From an uncultured Actinomycetota bacterium (GTDB lineage: Bacteria > Actinomycetota > Actinomycetes > CAVWCF01): a DNA stretch of 64,000 nucleotides. A model generated the notes under the pieces. The model did no database searches. It was not told the origin of the DNA and saw nothing but the letters and a program-made list of their open reading frames with translations. Below, one piece after another: positions 1-12,252 of the stretch. Each line of letters opens with the position of its first letter. Position 1 is the stretch's first letter. The stretch is taken from the NCBI GenBank assembly GCA_963753435.1, contig CAVWCF010000001.1, positions 1,636,502 to 1,700,501 of the forward strand, in the 5' to 3' direction. Position numbers and translations under genes: made by a program.

Positions 1-89
1 CACCTGGATTCCGAATAGCACCGCTGTCGTGGTGATCGTTCCGTACAGGACACGGTCGATCCAATGCCGTGCCTTGAGTGCCGCCTCGG

Positions 90-1742
90 TCACGTCGGCG
101 GCCTTTGCAGGATGTCGTCGGCGTCGATGATCCGGTACGCGTACCCCTGTTCGGCGAGGAACCGTTGCCGGTGCGCGGCGAAGTCCGCGTCAACGGTGTC
201 GCGAGCCACGACCGTGTAGAAGTGCGCGGTGCGCCCGTCGCCCTTGGGGCGCAGCACCCGGCCCAGGCGTTGCGCCTCTTCCTGGCGCGAGCCGAACGTT
301 CCGGACACCTGGATGGCCACCGACGCCTCCGGCAGGTCCAGGGAGAAGTTGGCCACCTTGCTGACCACCAGCACCGGCAGATCACCATCGCGAAACGCGG
401 CAAAGAGCGCCTGGCGCTGCTTCACGGGTGTCTCACCGGTGACGACCTCCGCGCCGAGTTCATCGGCGAGGTCGTGGAGTTGGTCCAGGTACTGACCGAT
501 CACCAGGATCGGTTCGCCCTCGTGCTCGGCCAGCAGTTTGCGGACAACCGCCTTCTTGGTCGGGGTCGCCGCAGCCAGGCGGTAGCGCTCCTCCGGCTCG
601 GACACCGCGTACGCCATCCGCTCGCCGTGCGGCAGCGTCACGCGCACCTCGACGCAGTCCGCCGGCGCGATCCAGCCCTGCGCCTCCATGTCCTTCCACG
701 GCGCGTCGTACCGCTTGGGGCCGATCAGGCTGAACACGTCGTCCTCGCGTCCGTCCTCGCGCACCAGCGTGGCGGTCAGTCCCAATCGCCGGCGCGACTG
801 GATGTCGGCGGTGAACCGGAACACCGGTGCGGGCAGCAGGTGCACCTCGTCGTAGATGATCAGCCCCCAATCGCGCTCATCGAACAGCTCCAGGTGCCGG
901 TAGACGCCTTTGCGACGGGTCGTCATCACTTGGTAGGTGGCGATGGTTACCGGGCGGATTTCCTTCTTCGCGCCGGAGTACTCGCCGATCTCCTCCTCCG
1001 TCAGCGAGGTCCGAGCCAGCAGCTCGTCGCGCCACTGCCGGGCGGCGACCGTGTTGGTGACCAGGATCAGCGTCGTCGCCTGCGCCAGCGCCATCGCCGC
1101 GGCACCAACGATGGTCTTGCCCGCCCCACATGGCAGGACGACAACCCCGGAGCCGCCGTGCCAGAACGCCGCAGCGGCATCGCGTTGGTAGTCACGCACC
1201 TGCCAGCCGTCTTCGTTGAGACCGATCTCGTGCGCCTCGCCGTCGACGTAGCCGGCCAGGTCCTCGGCCGGCCAGCCCAGTTTGGTCAGCAGTTGCTTGA
1301 TGGTGCCGCGTTCGGACCGGTGCACGATGACCGTGGCCTCGTCCACACGACCGCCGACGAGGGGTTGCACCTTCTTGTGCCGAAGCACTTCGGCCAGCAC
1401 CGCCGGATCGGTGCTCTCCAGCACCAGCCCGTGCGCCGGGTGGTTGAGCAGGCGTAGCCGCCCGTAGCGCGCCATCGTCTCGGCGATGTCCACGAGCAGG
1501 GCATGCGGGACCGGGTACCGCGAGTACTGCAACAGCGTGTCGACAACCTGCTCGGCGTCGTGCCCGGCGGCCCGCGCGTTCCACAGCGCCAACGGGGTGA
1601 CGCGGTAGGAGTGCACGTGCTCGGGCGCCCGTTCCAGTTCGGCGAACGGCGCGATCGCGAGCCGGCAGTCGTCCGCCTGCGGGTGATCGACCTCAAGCAG
1701 CAGCGTCTTGTCGCTCTGCACGATCAGCGGCCCATCGGTCAT
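90..1742 (-). CDS. XPB/Ssl2 (ERCC3-like) DNA repair helicase
   Basis: Actinobacterial XPB N-terminus (GPLIVQSDKTLLLEVDH), Walker A LPCGAGKT, DEVH box, RED motif, motif VI QRLGRVLR. Confidence 0.95.
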   Translation of the reverse strand: MTDGPLIVQSDKTLLLEVDHPQADDCRLAIAPFAELERAPEHVHSYRVTPLALWNARAAGHDAEQVVDTLLQYSRYPVPHALLVDIAETMARYGRLRLLNHPAHGLVLESTDPAVLAEVLRHKKVQPLVGGRVDEATVIVHRSERGTIKQLLTKLGWPAEDLAGYVDGEAHEIGLNEDGWQVRDYQRDAAAAFWHGGSGVVVLPCGAGKTIVGAAAMALAQATTLILVTNTVAARQWRDELLARTSLTEEEIGEYSGAKKEIRPVTIATYQVMTTRRKGVYRHLELFDERDWGLIIYDEVHLLPAPVFRFTADIQSRRRLGLTATLVREDGREDDVFSLIGPKRYDAPWKDMEAQGWIAPADCVEVRVTLPHGERMAYAVSEPEERYRLAAATPTKKAVVRKLLAEHEGEPILVIGQYLDQLHDLADELGAEVVTGETPVKQRQALFAAFRDGDLPVLVVSKVANFSLDLPEASVAIQVSGTFGSRQEEAQRLGRVLRPKGDGRTAHFYTVVARDTVDADFAAHRQRFLAEQGYAYRIIDADDILQRPPT

Positions 1743-1794
1743 GGCCGGGTCCCTTCGTTCTGCCGCCTGGCTACTGACGACCGTTGGTGTGACT

Positions 1795-4080
1795 TCATTC
1801 CGCCGCCCGCACCCCGGTGATCCGGTGCACGGCGAACGTGTGCACCTCGCCGCGGGCGTGGTCGAACCCGGTTAGCCACCCGGTGGCGACGCTAAGCGGG
1901 TCCACGGTTCGCTGCGAGGAGGCGCCGCCGTCGTCGACGTAACCCAACACGACTGTCTGTCCGGCGGAGGCGGCCGAACGTAACGCGGCCAGCACCTCCC
2001 GGGTGGCCAGCTTCGGGATCGCTCCGGCCGCGGCCGGACCGGCTATCCGCGGCGCCGCCTGGCTGGCGGCCGCCTTCTCGCCGGCACGCAACGCCCGGAC
2101 TGCTGCGGCCAACAGTCGGTCATCGGGAGTGGCCGGCAGCGGCTGTGGTGGCGGCGGGCTGGCGCGTCGCGGCCGCCGACGCTGGCTGACCGGGATTCCG
2201 GCGAGGTCCTCCTCGACCGCCGACAGGCCCGCCTGGGCCAACGTTGCGGTCACGGTCTCGGGATCCTCCGGTGTGGCCAGGACATTGGCCGACAGCCTGC
2301 GTAGCCGCAGACCCGCGGCGGCCGGGCTGGCCAGTAGTTGCGCCAGGGCCGCCTCGTCATCACTGCGGATCACCGCGCCGACGGCGCCGACCCGCACGGC
2401 GCCGTGGCGGCGCGCGGCGTCCGAAACCAGATAGGTGAGGGCCTGCGGCACCTCCGTGCGGCTGCTGGCGGTCAGGAAGGCTTGGATCTCCGCGCCGCTG
2501 CGGCCGGCATCCAAACCGCGGCGCAGTGACGCCTCGGTGAACCGGAACACCGTTGCGCCGCCGGTGGACTCCAGGTCGGCCAACAGCGACAACTCCCGGC
2601 GCAATTCGCTCGTCGGCGGCCCGGGGACCACAGCCGTCAGATCCGCCTGCAGCAGGAAGTGGTTCAGCGGCGTCGGCCAGGACCCGGCCAGCGCATCCGC
2701 CGCCGGCTCCGGGTCGTCCTGGACCAGCAACCGCGCGGCGGTACTCAATGACCCCGAGGCAGCCACACCCAACCGTTGGGCCTCCTCGAAGACCGCGGCC
2801 ACCAAGTCACCCCGGAAACCAGCCGGCCGTCGCGGCAGCACCCAGGCCACCCGCTCGACCAGCGAATCCGCATCGGTGATCGACCCCGGCGGCAGAGCCG
2901 CCCATTCCAGCAACGCCGTGGTGCGCACCAGGGGAGCGGCCGGCCGCTCCAGGGCGTCGGCCAGGGCGCTGATGGCCCGACCGCGGGCGTCCTCGGTGCC
3001 GACCAGGCCCGGTGGCCGGGTCGAGTGCAGCCAGCCGGTCGCCAGGTCCAACCAGCGCCGCTCCGGGGCCCGCGTCAGCCAAAGGTCGTATTGCGTGGTC
3101 GGTCGCCACTCGTCACCGTCGACACCGAGCAGGCCCGCGGCTCGAGCAGCCTCGGCCAGCAGCACCACGGTGCTCTCATCGACGTCCAGGCCGGTCGCGG
3201 CGCGGCGCAGGTCGCGGACCCCAACCCCGCCGGAGCGCAGGAGCCCCGGCGGATCCTCCGCGAAGGAGGCCAGGAGGTCCTCAGCCAGCCGCACCACCTC
3301 CAGCGCCCTGGCCGCCGCCTCGGCGTCCACGTCTGCGGCCCTTCGGGTGGTGAGCGCCTGCCATGTTGGTTCGGTCCCGGCGACGCGCACGACCCCGTCC
3401 CGCAGGTGCAGCCCTACCTCGCGCGGCAGGACGATGACATCCGGGCCGGTGCGGACCGCCAAGTGGTTGGCGACCAGCCAACCGCCGGGGGAGTCCGGGT
3501 CGTCCAGGGCGCGGCCGCGGCCCGTGGGCGGACCGTCGGCCAGGCGCCGCAGCAGGGCGATCGCCGCCTCCGGTGCGCCGACCAGCGCCGCCTCAACCCC
3601 CGCCGGCTCGAGCGCGGTGACGCCCAACCGATTGGCGGCAGGTCCCAGGCCGCACGGATGCGAGCCAACGGCCTCGATCACCCCGACCAGCGGACGCAGC
3701 CGGTCGCCGTCGCGGACCACGAGCCCCAGGTGCTGGAGTCGGTTCAGGCAATCGCGCACCGCCGTGACGGCCGGACCGCGCGACCCGGCGCCTTTTGATG
3801 GTAGGCCCATCGCCTCGGTCAGACCGGCCCAAGTAGCGGCGTCGCCGAGGACGACCAGCACCTCCGCGACGTCCAGCTGCAGGCGGTCCAGAGTGTCGAG
3901 CGCGCGTGCCGCCGACGCTGCCGACGCAGCTCGTCGGGCCAGCGCCGCCAGGGAGGCCGGCATCGGCGTCAGCAGGTCCGGGCGGTCGGCCAGCAACGAG
4001 GCCAGCCCGTCGTCGTCGCGGCCACGGAGGTCGTCCAGCAGCAACTCGACCGCGGTCGACGGCGAGACGGAAGTGGACAT
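1795..4080 (-). CDS. XPB-associated protein (Helicase_C_3 domain plus C-terminal WYL-like domain)
   Basis: LLQADLTAVVPGP and ATVFRFTEASLRRGLDAG motifs; C-terminal YVD..QRTVDP..FDH..TFAVHRI is WYL-like; sits upstream of XPB. Start moved to ATG 4080 (4086 possible) because the longer ORF overlaps the csp gene. Confidence 0.88.
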   Translation of the reverse strand: MSTSVSPSTAVELLLDDLRGRDDDGLASLLADRPDLLTPMPASLAALARRAASAASAARALDTLDRLQLDVAEVLVVLGDAATWAGLTEAMGLPSKGAGSRGPAVTAVRDCLNRLQHLGLVVRDGDRLRPLVGVIEAVGSHPCGLGPAANRLGVTALEPAGVEAALVGAPEAAIALLRRLADGPPTGRGRALDDPDSPGGWLVANHLAVRTGPDVIVLPREVGLHLRDGVVRVAGTEPTWQALTTRRAADVDAEAAARALEVVRLAEDLLASFAEDPPGLLRSGGVGVRDLRRAATGLDVDESTVVLLAEAARAAGLLGVDGDEWRPTTQYDLWLTRAPERRWLDLATGWLHSTRPPGLVGTEDARGRAISALADALERPAAPLVRTTALLEWAALPPGSITDADSLVERVAWVLPRRPAGFRGDLVAAVFEEAQRLGVAASGSLSTAARLLVQDDPEPAADALAGSWPTPLNHFLLQADLTAVVPGPPTSELRRELSLLADLESTGGATVFRFTEASLRRGLDAGRSGAEIQAFLTASSRTEVPQALTYLVSDAARRHGAVRVGAVGAVIRSDDEAALAQLLASPAAAGLRLRRLSANVLATPEDPETVTATLAQAGLSAVEEDLAGIPVSQRRRPRRASPPPPQPLPATPDDRLLAAAVRALRAGEKAAASQAAPRIAGPAAAGAIPKLATREVLAALRSAASAGQTVVLGYVDDGGASSQRTVDPLSVATGWLTGFDHARGEVHTFAVHRITGVRAAE

Positions 4081-4197
4081 CCGCATCACGCTACCGGCGT
4101 ACCGGTGCCAACGCAGAATCGGTTTGATCGCCGCGACTGGCCGCTCCGCTGCCGATCGCGGTCTACCCTGGGCCGCTGCTGACGACAGGGGGATGAC

Positions 4198-4581
4198 GTG
4201 CCCACCGGCAAGGTGAAGTGGTTCGACGCCGAAAAGGGATTCGGCTTCCTCGCCAACGATGAGGGCGGGGATGTGTATGTGCACGCCTCCGCGCTGCCGG
4301 AGGGCACCCCGGCGCTGCGCCCAGGCGCCCGGGTGGAGTTCGGCATCGCCGCGGGGCGCAAGGGGGATCAGGCGCTGAGCGTGCGGGTGCTGGACGCTCC
4401 GCCGTCCCTGGCCGAAGCCAACCGGCGCGACCCCGAGGACATGGCCGCGGTCATCGAGGATCTGATCAAGGTTCTGGAACGCATCGGCGGCAGCCTGCGG
4501 CGGGGCCGGTACCCGGCCAGCATCGAGGCCAGCCGCGTCGCCTCGGTGCTGCGCGCAGTCGCCGACGACCTGGACGCCTGA
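4198..4581 (+). CDS. Cold-shock domain protein with actinobacterial C-terminal extension (CspB-type)
   Basis: PTGKVKWFDAEKGFGF (RNP1) and DVYVH (RNP2). Confidence 0.93.
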   Translation: MPTGKVKWFDAEKGFGFLANDEGGDVYVHASALPEGTPALRPGARVEFGIAAGRKGDQALSVRVLDAPPSLAEANRRDPEDMAAVIEDLIKVLERIGGSLRRGRYPASIEASRVASVLRAVADDLDA

Positions 4582-4604
4582 CCGGCGCCGTACCCTGGGT
4601 CCTG

Positions 4605-5360
4605 ATGAACGCGACAGAAACCGTGGACAAGGTCTGCGCGGCCGCCGTGGAGGTGGCTCGGCAGGGGCTGATCGACGCCGGCGTGGACAGCGTCGGCGAG
4701 CACCTCGGCGTCCTCGCTGACGGAGATCGCGCCGCCACCCACCTGTTCGCGTGCACCGATCGCGGCTACCCGGGCTGGACCTGGTCGGTCACGGTGGTTC
4801 GGCCGCCGCGCGGCCGTACCGCGACAGTGGCGGAGTCGTGCCTGCTGCCCGGCACCGATGCAGTACTGGCTCCCGCCTGGGTGCCCTGGTCGGAGCGGCT
4901 GCAGCCCGGCGACTTGGGCGTCGGAGACGTCCTGCCCGCCCCGGATGGCGACCCGCGACTGGCACCGGGCTGGTCCGGCGCCGACGACTTGGCCGAAGGC
5001 GAACTCGACCAGGTGCGTTCGATCGTCTGGGAGGCCGGGCTGGACCGACGGCGCGTCCTGAGCCTGGACGGGCTGTACTTGGCCGCCGACCGGTGGGTCA
5101 ACTCCGAGCACGGGCCGGATGCGGCCGTCGCGCAAGCGGCGCCGGGGCAGTGCGGCACCTGCGGGTTCCGCGTCGCGATCAATGGCCTGCTGGGTCAGGC
5201 GTTCGGGTTGTGCGCCAACGAGTACTCACCCAGTGACGGCTCGATCGTGTCCCTGGACCATGGCTGCGGCGCCCACTCCGAGGCCAGCACCACCTCCGGC
5301 GTGCCCGTCACCGAGACGGCGTGGGACAGCACCGGGTTCGACGAGTTGGGTCACGCCTGA
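4605..5360 (+). CDS. DUF3027 family protein
   Basis: GYPGWTWSV, LAPAWVPWSERL, DPRLAPG, CxxCGF and DHGCGAHS motifs; conserved neighbour of csp. Confidence 0.9.
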   Translation: MNATETVDKVCAAAVEVARQGLIDAGVDSVGEHLGVLADGDRAATHLFACTDRGYPGWTWSVTVVRPPRGRTATVAESCLLPGTDAVLAPAWVPWSERLQPGDLGVGDVLPAPDGDPRLAPGWSGADDLAEGELDQVRSIVWEAGLDRRRVLSLDGLYLAADRWVNSEHGPDAAVAQAAPGQCGTCGFRVAINGLLGQAFGLCANEYSPSDGSIVSLDHGCGAHSEASTTSGVPVTETAWDSTGFDELGHA

Positions 5361-5370
5361 CCCGTACCAG

Positions 5371-5577
5371 CTAGCGGCGCCGGTCCCGGCGGCGCAGTGC
5401 GTAGCCGAACCCGAAGATGCCCAAGCCGATTCCCACTAGGCACGTGGTCACCCACCACGACCGGTCGGCGTTGAGGTAGTCCCCGGCCAGCAGCCCGATT
5501 AGGACGAGCGTCCAAACGACGGTGCCGACGAGGAACGGGACGGCTCCGTCGGACTGCCACGATTCGGGCTCATGCAC
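5371..5577 (-). CDS. Small two-TM membrane protein (DUF2530-like)
   Basis: VGTVVW...WWVTTCLVGIGLGIFG followed by a basic tail RRRDRRR. Confidence 0.75.
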   Translation of the reverse strand: MHEPESWQSDGAVPFLVGTVVWTLVLIGLLAGDYLNADRSWWVTTCLVGIGLGIFGFGYALRRRDRRR

Positions 5578-5624
5578 GCCTTCAGCGTAGGTGCTGCGAC
5601 CTTCGCCGGTGGGATGCTCGGGCC

Positions 5625-6164
5625 GTGCGCTTGTTCGCCGCGGTGTGGCCCACCGAAGAAGTGCGCGCGGCGATCTCCGCGACCGTGCTGCGAATGCGTA
5701 AGGAACCCGCTGCGGCTGACTGGCGGTGGGTGCGACCGGAGCATTGGCACGTGACCGTGGCGTTCTACGGAACTGTCACCGAGTCGCAGTTGCCCGAGTT
5801 GATTCGGCGGTTGGAGTTGGCCGGTCGCCGCCGGTCTCGCTTCGAACTGGAGTTGGGACACCCCGGCCACTTCGGTGACCGCGTTGTCTGGCTCGGCCTC
5901 GACGGCGACCGGGACGCGCTGCGGCGCCTGGCCGAAGGTGCGGCCGCAGCCGGCCGCCGGGCTGGGGTGGAGCTGGATTCGCGGCGGTTTCGCCCGCATC
6001 TGACGTTGGCGCGCAGCCGCCACGGCGGGGACGCCGCCCGCCTGCTCACGGTCGCGGTGCCCGCGCTCTCCTGGCCGGTGGACACCTTTGCCTTGGTGCA
6101 GTCGCGCACCGGGCCTCGGGTGCAGTACGACGCACTTGCCGAGTTCGGTCTGAGCGGCGGCTAG
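5625..6164 (+). CDS. thpR: RNA 2',3'-cyclic phosphodiesterase (2H family)
   Basis: RLFAAVWP start; two HxT motifs (WHVTV, PHLTLAR). Confidence 0.9.
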   Translation: MRLFAAVWPTEEVRAAISATVLRMRKEPAAADWRWVRPEHWHVTVAFYGTVTESQLPELIRRLELAGRRRSRFELELGHPGHFGDRVVWLGLDGDRDALRRLAEGAAAAGRRAGVELDSRRFRPHLTLARSRHGGDAARLLTVAVPALSWPVDTFALVQSRTGPRVQYDALAEFGLSGG

Positions 6165-6175
6165 CCTCGCTGATC

Positions 6176-6259
6176 GTGGATCCCCGAACCCGGCGCTGGT
6201 TGGTCCCGCTACTGCTGGTGGGGTTGCTGGTCGTGGTCGTCATCGCGGCGGTGAGTTAG
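6176..6259 (+). CDS. Putative 27-aa single-pass membrane micro-protein (MDPRTRRWLVPLLLVGLLVVVVIAAVS)
   Basis: GTG..TAG ORF read directly from the sequence, below the ORF-track cutoff; basic N-terminus plus one hydrophobic helix; fills the gap between thpR and the next gene. Confidence 0.5.
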   Translation: MDPRTRRWLVPLLLVGLLVVVVIAAVS

Positions 6260-6284
6260 TGACGACCGGACCGGCTGGGCGCTG

Positions 6285-7295
6285 ATGGGCGTGCTCGCAC
6301 CGGTCGCACTGGCCGGGATGTTGGCCCTGGCGGCCGTCATCAATCCGGGGCCGGAACTGGCCGGGTCGGTCGATCGGGTGCTGTCGGACCCGGCGATCAC
6401 CGAGTCCAGCGGACTGGCGCTCAGCGCACGTTTCCCAGGTGTTCTGTACACACACAACGACTCCGACGGTGACCCGGTCGTGTTCGCCGTCGACACCTCC
6501 GGCACCACGGTGGCGCGGCTGAATCTGGCCGACGCGCCGGCCCGGGATTGGGAAGCGATGGCGGCCGGAAGCCAAGCAGGCGTTCCGGTGCTCTGGGTTG
6601 CCGACATCGGCGACAACATCTCCGGCTGGGAGTCGGTGCGACTGCTCAAGTTCACCGAACCGGCAGAGCTGACCGACCAATCCGTGCAGTGGGAGCGGTT
6701 CGACCTCGTCTACCCGGACGGCCCGCACAACGCCGAAACGTTGCTGCTGCACCCGGACGGCCGGATGTGGATTGTCACGAAGGAGGCGTCCGGGCCGGGC
6801 ATCTACGCCGTGCCGCAGCCGCTGCGAGCCGGCGCGACCAACCAGTTGACCCGGGTCGCCGAGGCTCCTACTGGAGTAACCGACGGCGCAATCGACGCGG
6901 CCGGACGAGTGGTACTGGTCGACTACGTGTACGCCTACACCGCCGACTCGATCGACGGCCCGTGGGTGCGTTCGCCGTTGCCGTTCCGCCCCCAAGGGGA
7001 ATCGGTGACATGGGACGGCGCGGACCTGCTGGTGGGCAGCGAAGGCGGCAACTCCGAGGTGTTGCGGATCTCGACCGAGCCCCTCGATGGCGCGGCGGCC
7101 GACTCGTCGACGCCGCCGGCAACCGACAGCAACGGCGCCGCACCCGCGCCCGGAGCGGCCACGGGGACGGGCGGTGGCTTGCCCGGGTGGGCGCCGTGGG
7201 CGGTTGGTGCCGCCGTGGGCACGCTGGTCGCCGTGGTCCTGATTCGCCAGCGTCGCGACGACCAGCAGTCGGCGCCGCGTACTGACGCCGACTGA
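6285..7295 (+). CDS. Secreted, C-terminally anchored beta-propeller-like hypothetical protein
   Basis: Signal-like N-terminus; ESSGL, THNDS, DWEAMA, DIGDN, NAETL motifs; low-complexity linker, C-terminal TM and RQRR. Confidence 0.7.
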   Translation: MGVLAPVALAGMLALAAVINPGPELAGSVDRVLSDPAITESSGLALSARFPGVLYTHNDSDGDPVVFAVDTSGTTVARLNLADAPARDWEAMAAGSQAGVPVLWVADIGDNISGWESVRLLKFTEPAELTDQSVQWERFDLVYPDGPHNAETLLLHPDGRMWIVTKEASGPGIYAVPQPLRAGATNQLTRVAEAPTGVTDGAIDAAGRVVLVDYVYAYTADSIDGPWVRSPLPFRPQGESVTWDGADLLVGSEGGNSEVLRISTEPLDGAAADSSTPPATDSNGAAPAPGAATGTGGGLPGWAPWAVGAAVGTLVAVVLIRQRRDDQQSAPRTDAD

Positions 7296-7301
7296 CCGTT
7301 C

Positions 7302-9618
<2,317 letters not shown>

Positions 9619-9732
9619 CTGGCGGCTCCTTGAACGGTCGAATCGGCGCTCACACTACTTGCGGTCCCGGGACGGCCAGATCGGGGACCTTCGCCCACTG
9701 CGGGCACCTGGGTTCTGCGGCAGAGTCCGGCC

Positions 9733-10302
9733 ATGGCGGGAGAACGCAGGTACTGGTGGGTGGTGCTGGTCGCAGGTGTCGTGGGGGTCGCGGCCACGAT
9801 CACCCAGATCGTCGAGCGCATCACCTTGGCCAAGGACCCCGACGCGGAGTTGGTCTGCGACTTCAGCAGCACCGTCAGCTGTGGCGGCGTGCTGACCGCC
9901 TGGCAGAGCTCGGCGTTGGGCATCCCGAACGCCACTATCGGATTGGCCGTCTTCGCCTTCTTCACGTCCGCGGCGGTATCGGGGCTGCTGGGCAGCCAGG
10001 TGTCCAGGGCGTTCCGGTACGTGCTGGTCGGCCTCGCGCTGTTCATGCTGGCGTTCACGCTCTGGTTCCTGTTCCAGTCGACGTTCGTCTTGAACGCGGT
10101 CTGCGTCTACTGCCTGGCGATCGGGCTGGCGGTCGTGTCAACGAACTTCGCCGCCCTGCGGTTGCTGGTGGCCGACGGCGGCCTCGACCGGGGCGGGGTC
10201 GTCGGGTTCGGGCGTCGGTTCGTGACCAGCGGCGACGACCGCTGGTTGTGGCTGGCGCTGGTGGTCGGCATCGGCGCGGCGATGTTCCTAGTGCTTAGCT
10301 GA
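9733..10302 (+). CDS. Vitamin K epoxide reductase (VKOR) family protein
   Basis: CDFSSTVSC loop cysteines, GIPN, CVYC redox motif, multiple TM helices. Confidence 0.9.
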   Translation: MAGERRYWWVVLVAGVVGVAATITQIVERITLAKDPDAELVCDFSSTVSCGGVLTAWQSSALGIPNATIGLAVFAFFTSAAVSGLLGSQVSRAFRYVLVGLALFMLAFTLWFLFQSTFVLNAVCVYCLAIGLAVVSTNFAALRLLVADGGLDRGGVVGFGRRFVTSGDDRWLWLALVVGIGAAMFLVLS

Positions 10303-10344
10303 ACCGTCGTGCGCTGTCGTCGGCCACCGTGCTAGGAACAGGTC

Positions 10345-10983
10345 GTGACCGACTTCGATGCGATGCGGCGGCAGTACGCCGACGAGGGGCTGGACGAGTC
10401 GGCGCTGTCGCCCGACCCGCTGGCGCAGGTGGGGCTGTGGCTGACCGAGGCGATCGACGCCGGTGTCCGTGAGCCGAACGCAATGGTTCTGGCAACCGCC
10501 TCACCGGACGGTCGGCCCAGTGCCCGCACGGTGTTGCTCAAGGAGCTGGACCAGCGCGGTTTGGTCTTCTATACGAACCTGGGGTCGGCCAAGTCCAGTC
10601 AACTGATCGCTAATCCGCGCGCTGCGGTGGTCTTCACTTGGATCCCGCTGGAACGGCAGGTGCGCGCGTCCGGGCACGTTGAGGCGATCAGCGACGCCGA
10701 GGCGGACGCCTACTTCGCATCCCGACCGCGGGAGGCGCAACTCGGCGCCTGGGCCAGCCCCCAGTCGCGGCCGATCCCCGACCGGGAGTGGCTGCTGGAT
10801 CAGGTCGCCAAGATCGAGTCGCGCTTCGGTGACCAGCCGCTGCCCCGGCCGGAGACCTGGGGCGGCTGGCGGGTCGTGCCGGACGAAGTCGAGGTTTGGC
10901 AGGGCCGTGCGCATCGCCTGCACGACCGCATCCGCTACCGACGGCAGGGTGAGGTCTGGCTGCGCGACCGGCTCGCTCCGTGA
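10345..10983 (+). CDS. pdxH: Pyridoxine/pyridoxamine 5'-phosphate oxidase
   Basis: EPNAMVLAT, RTVLLK, FYTN..S.K, GAWASPQS, RLHDR, RLAP. Confidence 0.96.
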   Translation: MTDFDAMRRQYADEGLDESALSPDPLAQVGLWLTEAIDAGVREPNAMVLATASPDGRPSARTVLLKELDQRGLVFYTNLGSAKSSQLIANPRAAVVFTWIPLERQVRASGHVEAISDAEADAYFASRPREAQLGAWASPQSRPIPDREWLLDQVAKIESRFGDQPLPRPETWGGWRVVPDEVEVWQGRAHRLHDRIRYRRQGEVWLRDRLAP

Positions 10984-12248
10984 GTGGCGGCTTTCGCCGC
11001 ATCAGCAGGACCGTGGTCGCCGATGTGCGGCCGTTGCGCGCCTCCCGCGCCTTCCGCCGGCTCTGGGTGGGCGGCACCGTGTCCAACCTCGGGCAGCAGA
11101 TGGCCACCGTCGCGGTGGCCATCCAGGTGTTCGACATCACCGGCAGTTCATTGGCCGTTGGGCTGCTGGGTGCCTTCGGGGTCGTGCCCTTGGTGGTGTT
11201 CGGCCTCTACGGCGGTTCCATCGCCGACGCATTCGATCGACGACTCGTGCTCCTGGTCGCCTCCGCCGGGATGGCGGTCTGCAGCGTCGTGCTCGCCGTC
11301 CAGGCGCTGGCCGGATGGGGCCAGGTCTGGGTCCTGTACGCGGTGGTGGCTGCGCAGTCGGGCTTCTTCGCAGTAACCAACCCCGCGCGGCAGGCGATCA
11401 TCCCGCGGCTCATCGGCGACGAGATGCTCCCGGCCGCCAATGCCCTGCAGCAGGTCACGTGGAATCTCGGTTTCACGGTGGGGCCGCTGCTGGGCGGCGC
11501 GCTGATCGCCATCACCGGCGACGTGACCGTTGCCTACCTGGTCGACGTGGCCACGTTCGGTGCGGCGCTGTATGCGGTGTACCGCCTGCCTTCAGTGGCG
11601 CCGGAGCGCCACGATGGCGAGCAGCAGCGCGCCGGATGGGCGGCGGTCGCTGAGGGGTTGTCGTTCCTGCGCGGCAAGAAGAACCTGCTCATGACGTTCC
11701 TGGTCGACCTCAACGCCATGATCTTCGGGATGCCGCGAGCGCTGTTCCCGGCGATCGCCGGCGCTTTCTACGGCGGCGGGGCTGTTGTCGTCGGTGCGCT
11801 GAGCGCGGCGCCCGCCGTCGGCGCCCTGCTGGCCGCGGTCTTCTCCGGCACTTTGGGCCGGGTCCGGATGCAGGGCCGCGCTGTGCTGATCTCGGTAGTC
11901 GTCTGGGGCACCGCGATCGCACTGTTCGGTGCCACGAACATCCTGTGGGTCGGCCTGTTGTTCCTCGCGATCGCCGGGGCGGCGGACATGGTCAGCGCGG
12001 TGTTCCGGTCCACGATCCTGCAGGTGGCCACCCCGGACGCGCTGCGTGGCCGGCTGCAAGGGGTATTCATCGTGGTGGTGGCCGGCGGTCCCCGCCTCGG
12101 CGACGTGGAGTCCGGTGTCGTTGCGGAATGGTTCGGCGAACGGGTGTCGGTGATCTCCGGGGGCGTCATCTGTGTGCTCGGTGTCTTCGCGCTTGCGGCA
12201 CTGTTCCCGGCGTTCGCGCGCTACGACGCCCGGGACCCGCAGCCCTAG
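10980..12248 (+). CDS. MFS transporter (EntS/MFS_3-like)
   Basis: About 12 TM segments; GSIADAFDRR motif A; PDALRGR; start overlaps the pdxH stop. Confidence 0.9.
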   Translation: MSGGFRRISRTVVADVRPLRASRAFRRLWVGGTVSNLGQQMATVAVAIQVFDITGSSLAVGLLGAFGVVPLVVFGLYGGSIADAFDRRLVLLVASAGMAVCSVVLAVQALAGWGQVWVLYAVVAAQSGFFAVTNPARQAIIPRLIGDEMLPAANALQQVTWNLGFTVGPLLGGALIAITGDVTVAYLVDVATFGAALYAVYRLPSVAPERHDGEQQRAGWAAVAEGLSFLRGKKNLLMTFLVDLNAMIFGMPRALFPAIAGAFYGGGAVVVGALSAAPAVGALLAAVFSGTLGRVRMQGRAVLISVVVWGTAIALFGATNILWVGLLFLAIAGAADMVSAVFRSTILQVATPDALRGRLQGVFIVVVAGGPRLGDVESGVVAEWFGERVSVISGGVICVLGVFALAALFPAFARYDARDPQP

Positions 12249-12252
12249 CCGG

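Noticed and set aside
78-4216. Long plus-strand ORFs (459 aa, 593 aa) opposite XPB and its partner
   Set aside because: Antisense shadow frames typical of high-GC DNA, with no motifs; the same applies to most overlapping ORFs in the track
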